Below, one piece after another: positions 39,536-48,420 of a DNA stretch of 64,000 bases. Position 1 is the first letter of the stretch, and each line of letters starts with the position of its first letter. Position numbers and translations under genes: made by a program. Under the pieces are notes generated by a model. It ran no database searches. It was not told the DNA's origin and worked only from the letters and a program-made list of their open reading frames with translations. Origin of the DNA: a virus (lineage: Duplodnaviria; Heunggongvirae; Uroviricota; Caudoviricetes); the IMG/VR virus record IMGVR_UViG_2799112330_000002, positions 32,001-96,000 of that record; one strand, given 5' to 3'.

Positions 39536-40804
39536 ATGAAGCGACTTAAAGATTATATTTTTGAAAGTACATCAGATTTTATATTATTAAAAACATTTGA
39601 AGATGCTAAACAATGGTTTGAAAATACTGGGTGGATTAAAAATAATGATGATTCTAAACTTAAAGAAAAAATGAAAATTTCTTTAAATGATATATTAACT
39701 ATTTATGATATAGCTGATGAACATAATAAAATAGCACCATTAGTTGGTAATTATAAATCTAAAAGAGTATTTGCTATGCGTAGATGGATTGATAATTATA
39801 TTGATGAATGGTCAAAAATATCAAAAAATTCAAATATTACAGATGATTGGTTTTGGACTCCTATAAAAGGAATTTACGGTGGTCCTCATAACACAAATCT
39901 TAAAGAAGATGGATCATTTCAACCTACAGCAGAAGATATGGAATCTGTAATTAGTTTTGCGTATAATCATTTATCTAATGAAGAATATGATGATTATGAA
40001 AATATGAATTATGTTTGTAATTCTTCTAAAAATAAACCTAATCAAAAAGTAGAAAATTTATTAAATTATTATCAAGATGAAAAAAGATTTATGGATGGAT
40101 GTGCAAATGCATTAATTAAATTTATAAATAATAAATCTTTAAAATTTCATAAATTATTAACTAATGGGAAAACTTGCACGGAATTATGGAAAAAATTAGG
40201 AACATATGAAGAAGCTAATGAAAAAGTAAATAATACACCTAAAACAGATATTATATCATCAGATAATCAATATAAAATATCATTAAAAAAAGCTCATGGA
40301 TCTCAACTAATGTCAGGAGCATATTGTGAAAGTAAAGCAACAATAATGAGTATTGCAAAAGACACACTTAATAATGATGATTTTAAATTATTAGAAGATT
40401 TATTAAATGTAGATAAAAAATGGGCAAAATTATCTGGTAATAATAAAGGTATTGCAAAACAAAAAATAAATGGTTCTGATGAAATTAAAAAAATAATTAA
40501 TGATTCTGAGAATGCTGCTAATGATGTTAATAAAATATTAAATAATTTATTAGATCATAATGAAGAATTTAAAAAGGCATTATTATATGAAGCAATGACA
40601 GGAGAAATTAAATTTGGGGAAGAATCATTATTAGCAGCTAATTATGTATTTGTTTGGTCAACCAAAGAAACTGAAAATAAATTATATACAGTTAAAGATT
40701 ATCTTACATATTTATTAAGTAATAAATGTAAATTAAAAATTGAAGTTTCTTGGAAAACTGGTGGATCTACTTCATATCAAACATTAAGAATTGTAACAAA
40801 TTAA
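39536..40804 (+). CDS. leader-bearing protein, possible PD-(D/E)xK nuclease-like
   Basis: MKRLKDYIFE; E...TPKTDII...KISLKK..GSQLMSG. Confidence 0.6.
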   Translation: MKRLKDYIFESTSDFILLKTFEDAKQWFENTGWIKNNDDSKLKEKMKISLNDILTIYDIADEHNKIAPLVGNYKSKRVFAMRRWIDNYIDEWSKISKNSNITDDWFWTPIKGIYGGPHNTNLKEDGSFQPTAEDMESVISFAYNHLSNEEYDDYENMNYVCNSSKNKPNQKVENLLNYYQDEKRFMDGCANALIKFINNKSLKFHKLLTNGKTCTELWKKLGTYEEANEKVNNTPKTDIISSDNQYKISLKKAHGSQLMSGAYCESKATIMSIAKDTLNNDDFKLLEDLLNVDKKWAKLSGNNKGIAKQKINGSDEIKKIINDSENAANDVNKILNNLLDHNEEFKKALLYEAMTGEIKFGEESLLAANYVFVWSTKETENKLYTVKDYLTYLLSNKCKLKIEVSWKTGGSTSYQTLRIVTN

Positions 40805-40820
40805 ATAAGTAATATAAATT

Positions 40821-41924
40821 ATGTCAAAACAAAAATTAAATATAGCAATCGGTCGTTTTCAACCATTTACTCAAGGCCATTTGAACATGGTTAATGAAGG
40901 TGAAGGACCATGTATAGTATATAGAATCAATTCATCAAATAAGACTATTGAACGTAAGAAGAAAGGAATTAAGATTGGTAGTAAGTCTTGGACTGATGAA
41001 TCTGTAAATAAGGTTATAGCTTATATTGATAATCCAACAGGTGACTTAACTGAGCAAGAAAAGGAGCTTCTTAAACGTCCTTTCACAAATGAATTAATTG
41101 ACAAAGAACTTGAGTCAGTCAAGAAGGCTAATAAGAATATAATTGATGTTGTTCCTGTTACTCATGTTTATGATGCTTTAGGAAGATTTAATGCATTTCT
41201 TACTGAACATTCTGATGAATATGAACCAGGATATTGGATGTGTGGAGATGATCGTAAAGCTGACTTTGAAAGTAATATTGAAAAGATGGCTAAATATACA
41301 GATCTTGAAACAGAATTCAAATCGGGAAAAACATATCCAAATATTCTTATTGGAAAACTTAAAGTGAATACTGGCAAGGGGCGTACTGAAGGAGTTTCTG
41401 GAACAGCAGTTCGTAAATCTATTCTCAATAAAGACAAAGCTGCATTTGAAAAAATAATGCCTAAGGGCGCAGGATCTTTATTCAATGATTTCACTAAAGC
41501 ATTTGATGAATTTAAAGCTCAATTACAAAATATCATTAAAGAACATAAGATGATGACACTTAAAGAATATATTTTTGAAGCACAAAAAACTTGGCAAACA
41601 GAAATAATAGATATTGCTAAACAATATATTATTGAACCAAATAATGGAGAATATGATATATCAGATATTACAAAAATGATCAATACTAAAAAAATAGATG
41701 AATATTTAATTGGCTATTTATGTGAATATCTTGCTTATTCTGTAACAAATAGATATGGGGATGATTTAACTGTTGATGAAATTGTGGACAAAATGAAATC
41801 TCAATCACGAAAAGAAGCATATTTAAAATTGCAAAACTATGAAGATTCAGATAAAGAAATAACTGATTTGATAATTCAAGGATTACAAAAAGGATTAAGG
41901 AGAAATCCTAATTTTCCAGAATAA
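40821..41924 (+). CDS. cytidyltransferase-like (HxGH-type) nucleotidyltransferase with internal leader and fused C-terminal domain
   Basis: GRFQPFTQGH, GDDR, VSGTAVR; MMTLKEYIFE at aa 244-253. Confidence 0.8.
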   Translation: MSKQKLNIAIGRFQPFTQGHLNMVNEGEGPCIVYRINSSNKTIERKKKGIKIGSKSWTDESVNKVIAYIDNPTGDLTEQEKELLKRPFTNELIDKELESVKKANKNIIDVVPVTHVYDALGRFNAFLTEHSDEYEPGYWMCGDDRKADFESNIEKMAKYTDLETEFKSGKTYPNILIGKLKVNTGKGRTEGVSGTAVRKSILNKDKAAFEKIMPKGAGSLFNDFTKAFDEFKAQLQNIIKEHKMMTLKEYIFEAQKTWQTEIIDIAKQYIIEPNNGEYDISDITKMINTKKIDEYLIGYLCEYLAYSVTNRYGDDLTVDEIVDKMKSQSRKEAYLKLQNYEDSDKEITDLIIQGLQKGLRRNPNFPE

Positions 41925-41971
41925 AAAATATAATTAAAGAACATAAAATGCTGACACTTAAAGAATATATT
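41535..41971 (+). repeat. 39-bp direct repeat (41535-41573, 41933-41971; 2 mismatches)
   Basis: ATTAAAGAACATAA[GA]ATG[AC]TGACACTTAAAGAATATATT. Confidence 0.85.
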
Positions 41972-42322
41972 ACGGAAACAAAAGTTACAGATAACCAATT
42001 ATATGAAAATATAGAATGGTGTTTATCTGATTTATTAGAATTTAATGATGTCGATGAAAATTATTTATTATTGGCTATTGATGAATTTAATTCAGTTTAT
42101 AAAGCATTAACTGAAAAAAATGTAAAATATGATATTGATTTTATTTGGAAAACTTTATTAGAAAAATATGAAGATTTAATATATGAAAAAATAAATAAAA
42201 ATACATTTTTAAATATAATCAAAAAATATGATAAACAATTAACAGAAAATATATTGTTAAATGCAAAGGATAGTATAAAAGATATAAAAGACGAAATACA
42301 AAAAACAGGTAAATTAAGTTAA
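41948..42322 (+). CDS. leader-bearing protein
   Basis: MLTLKEYITE. Confidence 0.7.
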   Translation: MLTLKEYITETKVTDNQLYENIEWCLSDLLEFNDVDENYLLLAIDEFNSVYKALTEKNVKYDIDFIWKTLLEKYEDLIYEKINKNTFLNIIKKYDKQLTENILLNAKDSIKDIKDEIQKTGKLS

Positions 42323-42333
42323 TAAAAATTATT

Positions 42334-42627
42334 ATGAAATCAATTAATCAATATATTTCAGAATCACAGGATAAGTATTTTACACAACAAGAAATTGGTA
42401 AAATAACTAAAGATATGTGGGATAAGAATGGTCAATTTTATAAATTTATAAAAGATAAAGTTGATTCATTATCTAAAGAGGACATTAATGATTATCTTGA
42501 CCAATGTCTCGATGATGATAGATGCACAGCTGAATTTGCTTCCTATATTGAAATGATTATAGGACGTCATAACTTCAGTTTAGAACAAGTACAGCAGTTC
42601 ATAAATACAGAAGATTTAAAAGGATGA
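42334..42627 (+). CDS. leader-bearing protein
   Basis: MKSINQYISE. Confidence 0.7.
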   Translation: MKSINQYISESQDKYFTQQEIGKITKDMWDKNGQFYKFIKDKVDSLSKEDINDYLDQCLDDDRCTAEFASYIEMIIGRHNFSLEQVQQFINTEDLKG

Positions 42628-42664
42628 AAGTAGTGAAAAATAAATATATTTAAATATTAATAAC

Positions 42665-43615
42665 ATGAAATCAATTAGAGAATATATTAATGAAGCATAT
42701 CAAGCAACATATTTAAAAGGTTGGAAACCCGTAGAACAATTAGATAATAAACATCATATTACTGTTAAAGATGATAATATATTAGGAGTATTTTTTGATA
42801 ATACATGGAAATGGCATCATAAGAGATATGGTAATATATATATAGGAATGCTTAATAAAAATGAAATATCTAATCCAGAAATTAAACTTTATAGTGATAA
42901 AGGAGTTTTCACAAGTATTAAAGAAATTCAAGATGCATATAATACTACTGAAAAGAATTTGTCAAAATTAGTTAAAGAAAATAAAATTAAAATGTCATTA
43001 GTACTTAATAATTTTAATATATATGTTAAAATAATAAAACGAAATGATCTTTGGTATGATGAGATTGCAGCAGCGGGATTAAAATTAGCAGGTGTAGGTA
43101 AATCATTAGGTAAATGTTCATTTGAAACATTCTCAGTTGTTGATATAGATTTATCAAATCCAGATAATAATGATGCAAAATATGTATATAAAAATTATTC
43201 TCAAATATCTATTAAAAACCAAGTTGAAACAAGTGCAAGAAAAGATGGCGGCAGAAAAGTAACAGGATATTGTGCATTTACATTTGTCCCATATCATAAT
43301 TATGAAGATATTGAAACTGATGTTATTAAAGATAATGTAGATAGAAATTTATTACCTGCATTATTACTTCAATATTTGAAAAATACAAATATAACATTTG
43401 ATGATAAAAAAATATCATTATCATTAATTAAGAATCAATTAGAATTACAAGAAGATAAATATAAAGAGTTTAAAGAATTTATAGATAATCATATTAAAAG
43501 TTTAAATGCTGATGTTTTAAAACGTCATGAAGAATACTTACAATCTGATGATTATAAAAATGGAGAAGCTAGTAGAAAACATGATGATTATTTATTAATG
43601 ACAAATGGAATGTAA
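42665..43615 (+). CDS. leader-bearing protein
   Basis: MKSIREYINE. Confidence 0.72.
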   Translation: MKSIREYINEAYQATYLKGWKPVEQLDNKHHITVKDDNILGVFFDNTWKWHHKRYGNIYIGMLNKNEISNPEIKLYSDKGVFTSIKEIQDAYNTTEKNLSKLVKENKIKMSLVLNNFNIYVKIIKRNDLWYDEIAAAGLKLAGVGKSLGKCSFETFSVVDIDLSNPDNNDAKYVYKNYSQISIKNQVETSARKDGGRKVTGYCAFTFVPYHNYEDIETDVIKDNVDRNLLPALLLQYLKNTNITFDDKKISLSLIKNQLELQEDKYKEFKEFIDNHIKSLNADVLKRHEEYLQSDDYKNGEASRKHDDYLLMTNGM

Positions 43616-43714
43616 TAAAAATAAACTATGAAATACACTTATTTAAAAAATTAAAATACATAATTTTAGTTTAGAACAAGTACAGCAGTTCATAAATACA
43701 GAAGATTTAAAGGG

Positions 43715-44062
43715 ATGAAAGACTTAAGTAATTTTATAATTGAAAGAGGAGCAGCTCCTAATGTTAATATTGATAAAAGCAAAGTTATGTCAAAATATCC
43801 TCATGTAAATATGGTTATGTCTATTATCGATGAGTTAAAGAAGCATAATGACTGTAAGTTTGATGGTAAACAATGGTCTGGTAATGATGCTGATTTATGG
43901 AAAGGTGCAGGACAATTCTTATTTGACTATATGAAAGAATTAGGACAAAAAGAACTAAAAGATATTGTTGCACATTTTGGATGGGAGGAATATATAACAG
44001 ATTTAAACAAGATCTATCCAGCAGAAATTTCTATATGTATGGCTCAAGAATTACAAAAATAA
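43715..44062 (+). CDS. leader-bearing protein
   Basis: MKDLSNFIIE. Confidence 0.72.
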   Translation: MKDLSNFIIERGAAPNVNIDKSKVMSKYPHVNMVMSIIDELKKHNDCKFDGKQWSGNDADLWKGAGQFLFDYMKELGQKELKDIVAHFGWEEYITDLNKIYPAEISICMAQELQK

Positions 44063-44164
44063 CATATATAATATATAGAGATAATATTGGATGTCATAAT
44101 TTTAGTTTAGAGCAAGTATAATAATTTATAAATATAGAAGATTTAAAAGGATAAAAAATAAACT

Positions 44165-44836
44165 ATGTTAACTTTATTAGAATATATCAATGCAGAACGT
44201 TCTAATTTTCCAGATGAAGTTTGGTTTAATGATAAATGGTATAACACAGAATCAAAATATGCTCGTCCATTCATCATTAATATAAAAACACACCAATCAT
44301 TATTTGGAGAAATTGGTCAATATCATTGTAAAATGTCTAAATTAAAAATAATGTTAAAATTTTTTTGTACATGGGATAGCTTAAAAGACGAATATAGAGT
44401 TAAAACATCAACATATCATGGGAGAATATGGGTAATTAATGATACAGATATAAATACCGTGTTAATATGTTGGTGGGAAGACTTAAATGATCAAAATTTT
44501 TATGAACTTAACAAAGAATTAATATTAAAATACAATAAAAAATTTAATACAAATATAACAAAAGCATTAGTAGTTAATAATAATGATGAATTTGTTAATT
44601 TTGACATAAATAATAAAAACATTGAACATATTAAACCACGTTCTTCTGATAATAAAAAACTAAAAGAAATGCATAAAATTATTCATTTGGCTTCTCAAAA
44701 GGATAAAGAAGAATACTTTAAACAATTTAAGAAAATAAGAGATGAAAATAATCAAACAAAATATTATAATCATACAAAATCAAAAACAGAAGCTGAATGG
44801 AGAAGTATTAAATATCAAGAAAGTTTAGAAGAATAA
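44165..44836 (+). CDS. leader-bearing protein
   Basis: MLTLLEYINAE. Confidence 0.7.
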   Translation: MLTLLEYINAERSNFPDEVWFNDKWYNTESKYARPFIINIKTHQSLFGEIGQYHCKMSKLKIMLKFFCTWDSLKDEYRVKTSTYHGRIWVINDTDINTVLICWWEDLNDQNFYELNKELILKYNKKFNTNITKALVVNNNDEFVNFDINNKNIEHIKPRSSDNKKLKEMHKIIHLASQKDKEEYFKQFKKIRDENNQTKYYNHTKSKTEAEWRSIKYQESLEE

Positions 44837-44856
44837 AATAAATAATAAATTTTAAT

Positions 44857-45207
44857 ATGAAATCTATTAATGAATATATAACGGAATCTGTAGCATCAAT
44901 TAAAGTGAATAAGATGAAACAAGAATTCAAACAGAAATTTGATAATAAAGTGACTATAGGTTCAGGCCGGGCAAATCATCAACAATTATATGATGTATAT
45001 ATCTATGATGATAAAATGAATACTCTGAAAGAAGTAAATGAAATTCTTAAACGTTATTTGAAAAAATGGAAAGGATTTAGTTATAAAGAATTAAAAGATA
45101 AACTTAAAGAAAAGGGAGATTTCTTTAAAGATTATCAAGATGATGATTTATGCACATTAGATAGATATCCAGTTGAATTTATCAGATTTACTTCCAGAGA
45201 TTTATAA
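44857..45207 (+). CDS. leader-bearing protein
   Basis: MKSINEYITE. Confidence 0.72.
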   Translation: MKSINEYITESVASIKVNKMKQEFKQKFDNKVTIGSGRANHQQLYDVYIYDDKMNTLKEVNEILKRYLKKWKGFSYKELKDKLKEKGDFFKDYQDDDLCTLDRYPVEFIRFTSRDL

Positions 45208-45215
45208 AGTACTAT

Positions 45216-45245
45216 AGAAGATCTAATCAATAGGTCTTCTTTTTT
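45216..45245 (+). terminator. AGAAGATCT/AGGTCTTCT-type terminator
   Basis: AGAAGATCTA-ATCAA-TAGGTCTTCT-TTTTT. Confidence 0.7.
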
Positions 45246-45315
45246 ATTCATTTCCTTATAATATTTTTTTTTATTTTTAACTATATTATAAATGTATAAA
45301 TAAAATAGATCAATT

Positions 45316-45615
45316 ATGAAAGATATTAAACAATACATTACAGAAGGCAAAAATGGATGGGAATTTTTTGATAGTGCAACCGATACTTTTGGCGGTGGAA
45401 TAGAACTATCTGGACTTGAAAATAAAAAAATAAAATGGCTTTTAGTCAATACAGATTCAGAAATTATTGCTGGTGTTACAGAATATAATTTAGATTCATG
45501 GGCAGAGGATGATGAATATTTTAAAGATGCTGCAAAAGCAATCAAATCATTAAAGATAGGAGACTCTTATGATGCTGATGGCGGTATAAATATTTATCTT
45601 AGAATTAGAAAATAA
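45316..45615 (+). CDS. leader-bearing protein (possible distant paralog of 46691)
   Basis: MKDIKQYITE; IKSLKIGDSY...RIRK. Confidence 0.7.
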   Translation: MKDIKQYITEGKNGWEFFDSATDTFGGGIELSGLENKKIKWLLVNTDSEIIAGVTEYNLDSWAEDDEYFKDAAKAIKSLKIGDSYDADGGINIYLRIRK

Positions 45616-45637
45616 AAATAAAATATTAGTAAATAGT

Positions 45638-46138
45638 ATGAAAAGTATTAATGCATACATAACAGAAAGATATCAGAATAATGCATCAAATAAAGAGGCT
45701 ATGTTCTTGCATTTAGATGGTTTGCGTCAATCAGAAGGATTTTCATTTACCGAAGGAGAAAAGGCTTTACTTTTAAAATATGATACTGATGGATATCGTA
45801 TTCAAGTTAGAGGTATTGTAGAAATTGAAAAGGTACTTAAGAACAGTATTCGTATAAAGACCGAAGATGCAGATTCAACCGATTTTTATCATAGTTTAAA
45901 ATTTGATAAGACTGGTATTGCTATAGTTAAGACAAATAGCAAATATCGTGGTAAGTCAACAGCATATTGGGTTCTATATAATAAAGAACTTATCAATAGT
46001 GATAAAGATGGTAAGGATATTACTGAAATATTAAATACTAAGGGTAATATCTGGGGATTCCATTTATATGGTCATGAAGATTTCCAAAAACAAGATCTTA
46101 AAGATCTTAAAAAATATGTTAAAGAAATGAATAAATAA
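45638..46138 (+). CDS. leader-bearing protein
   Basis: MKSINAYITE. Confidence 0.72.
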   Translation: MKSINAYITERYQNNASNKEAMFLHLDGLRQSEGFSFTEGEKALLLKYDTDGYRIQVRGIVEIEKVLKNSIRIKTEDADSTDFYHSLKFDKTGIAIVKTNSKYRGKSTAYWVLYNKELINSDKDGKDITEILNTKGNIWGFHLYGHEDFQKQDLKDLKKYVKEMNK

Positions 46139-46140
46139 AT

Positions 46141-46383
46141 ATGAAAGACATAATGAATTTTTTGATAAATGAATCTAGAACAAGATTTATAGACATTGAA
46201 CAATATGGAAATTCATGGATAAAAGAATGGGGTTCTGAATATTGTGGGGATGTTTTGAAAAACTTTATAAAAGGAGTTGAAAGAGGTATGAAATGTCTTA
46301 AATCAGATGATGCCAAATTTCAAAAACGTTGTGAAGATTGTATTAGTGAAATATTAGAAAAAATAAATAAAGACATATATTAA
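46141..46383 (+). CDS. leader-bearing protein, tandem paralog A
   Basis: MKDIMNFLINE; SWIKEWGSEYCG...FQKRCEDCI. Confidence 0.75.
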   Translation: MKDIMNFLINESRTRFIDIEQYGNSWIKEWGSEYCGDVLKNFIKGVERGMKCLKSDDAKFQKRCEDCISEILEKINKDIY

Positions 46384-46385
46384 AT

Positions 46386-46655
46386 ATGAAGAACTTAAAA
46401 GAAAAGTTAATAAATGAAGCAAAGAAAACAGATTTTGAAAAAATAGAAGATCTTGGTGCTTCATGGATAAAAGAATGGGGATCTGAATATTGTGGTAATA
46501 TTCTTAGTTCTGTTATAAAAGGAATTCAGAAAGGAATAAAAGAAAATCCATATACTAATGATAAGAATGCATATCCAGCAAATAATACATTTCAGAAACG
46601 TTGTGAAGACTGCATTAAGAAAATCCTTAATGAAATAAATGAAGACATATATTAA
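46386..46655 (+). CDS. leader-bearing protein, tandem paralog B
   Basis: MKNLKEKLINE; SWIKEWGSEYCG...FQKRCEDCI. Confidence 0.75.
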   Translation: MKNLKEKLINEAKKTDFEKIEDLGASWIKEWGSEYCGNILSSVIKGIQKGIKENPYTNDKNAYPANNTFQKRCEDCIKKILNEINEDIY

Positions 46656-46690
46656 ATATGAAGAACTTAAAAAATATTATATATTAAATT

Positions 46691-46963
46691 ATGAAAGACA
46701 TTAAAAACTATTTAGTTAATGAAGCAAAATCATATAATTTTAAAGATATTAAATATACAATGATATCCTATTATAAACCAGAAGATCCATTAGCATTTTT
46801 ATTAGAAGATATATCAGAAATAAGTGATATATATTATGATTGGGATTTTAAACCTGAAGATGTCGATAAAATTATAGAAGAAGTTAATAAGCTTCAAGTA
46901 AATGAATGTTATGTAAATAAATCTGGCACAAATGATTTTGAAGTTATTTCAAGAATTAAATAA
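46691..46963 (+). CDS. leader-bearing protein
   Basis: MKDIKNYLVNE. Confidence 0.7.
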   Translation: MKDIKNYLVNEAKSYNFKDIKYTMISYYKPEDPLAFLLEDISEISDIYYDWDFKPEDVDKIIEEVNKLQVNECYVNKSGTNDFEVISRIK

Positions 46964-46969
46964 ATTATA

Positions 46970-47038
46970 ATATTAAAATCAATACTAAAATGATTAGAAG
47001 ATCTGTATGAATATATGGATCTTCTTTTTTATTTTTAA
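46970..47038 (+). repeat. repeated terminator plus promoter cassette (copy 2)
   Basis: near-identical to 39441-39508. Confidence 0.8.
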
Positions 47039-47062
47039 CTATATATTTAATTATTAAAGATT

Positions 47063-47383
47063 ATGGAAACAATTATAAGCTTTTTCTCAGATCATTTTTG
47101 GGCAACTTGTGCAATGCTGTCATCAATTACTGTAATTATTGCAGGTTATTTCAATGCATTATTGAATACAAATAAGATATGGAAACAAGTTGTATCTTGG
47201 TTAACTAGTATCATATTGACTGTAGGAGGTTATTTTGCTGGAACTATAACACTTAATGAGCCAGTATGGTTGACAATTATCTTAACAGGTATTATTGTTG
47301 GTTTGTCATCAAATGGTATCTATGATATTCCTAAGATCAAGGAGCTAATAAACAAAATAACTAAAAACATTCCTAAAGCATAA
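47063..47383 (+). CDS. putative holin (3 TM)
   Basis: three hydrophobic helices, G.IVGLSSNGIYD, basic tail. Confidence 0.7.
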   Translation: METIISFFSDHFWATCAMLSSITVIIAGYFNALLNTNKIWKQVVSWLTSIILTVGGYFAGTITLNEPVWLTIILTGIIVGLSSNGIYDIPKIKELINKITKNIPKA

Positions 47384-47386
47384 GCT

Positions 47387-47794
47387 ATGAAAAAATTCTT
47401 TAGTAAAATTTGGAATTGGATCAAAGGATTATTCTTTGATAAGAAGATCAAATATGAAGATGAAATATTATTGACTTGGAATCCTAGTTGTCCCAAATGT
47501 GGAACAACAATGGGATATTTTGACACAGGTGTTGTTGAAGTTAAATATGAATGGTTTACCGGAGGAATACGAACACATATATCTGGTCATGGTTCACAAG
47601 AATATCAATTCCATTATTATAAATGTGGTCGTTGTGGAGAATGGCAGATGTATGAATACCGAGAAACTCCATCATGGTGGGATGATCTATGGGGAAATGA
47701 TTGCCCATTTACTCGAGGAGACATCATAAAGAAATGGCAAAATAATGAATTCCGTATGAAGGAATATGAAGGTCATACAATAACAAAATGGTAA
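47387..47794 (+). CDS. Zn-ribbon protein
   Basis: amphipathic N-terminus KIWNWIKGLF; CPKCG, CGRCG. Confidence 0.65.
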   Translation: MKKFFSKIWNWIKGLFFDKKIKYEDEILLTWNPSCPKCGTTMGYFDTGVVEVKYEWFTGGIRTHISGHGSQEYQFHYYKCGRCGEWQMYEYRETPSWWDDLWGNDCPFTRGDIIKKWQNNEFRMKEYEGHTITKW

Positions 47795-47815
47795 ACAAAA
47801 AATTAATATATAGTT

Positions 47816-48388
47816 ATGAAATCATTAAAACAATTTATAAATGAAACTATTAATAAATCATTAGATGAAATCATTTTTGAAGGATTTTTAGATAAATTAA
47901 AGAATGCTATTAGTGATGTGATTGATAATCCACAAAAATATATTGATAATGTCAAATCACAGGTTGATGAGTTAAAAAAGACAACATATATGCGGTATAA
48001 AAACAAAGAAAATATTGAAGCTGTAGCAAAAGAACTTGATAAATTAAATAATGATGAAAGCCTAAAGAACATATATAATTATGTTAAACAGATATTTAAT
48101 GGCAAAGATAAGCAATTAAAATTTGGTTTATTAGGTGATTCTGGATATTTAGAAGATATATTCAAAGATGTTGAAAAAACATTTAATTCTGATGATAATA
48201 AAACATTTGCTATTGTACAGATTGCAAATGCTATAGCTATAGCAACAAAAGATAAATTTCATGTTCCATCCGCATCAGATTATTATAGTAATTCGCATTC
48301 ACATAATAGTTATCATTCAAGTAAATCATCAAGAAAAGCAGGTATGATTTCAGCCGCAGTAGGAGCCGGAATGGCAATGAGAAGATAA
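47816..48388 (+). CDS. leader-bearing protein with Ser/His-rich region and Gly/Ala hydrophobic tail
   Basis: MKSLKQFINE; AGMISAAVGAGMAMRR. Confidence 0.7.
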   Translation: MKSLKQFINETINKSLDEIIFEGFLDKLKNAISDVIDNPQKYIDNVKSQVDELKKTTYMRYKNKENIEAVAKELDKLNNDESLKNIYNYVKQIFNGKDKQLKFGLLGDSGYLEDIFKDVEKTFNSDDNKTFAIVQIANAIAIATKDKFHVPSASDYYSNSHSHNSYHSSKSSRKAGMISAAVGAGMAMRR

Positions 48389-48420
48389 AGAAATATTAAA
48401 TAAACATAACAAATAATTTT

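Larger units (their letters stand above)
42568..44154 (+). repeat. 63-bp direct repeat (42568-42630, 43659-43721; 3 mismatches) with a degenerate third copy at about 44095-44154
   Basis: CATAA.TT.AGTTTAGAACAAGTACAGCAGTTCATAAATACAGAAGATTTAAA.GGATGAAAG. Confidence 0.85.
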
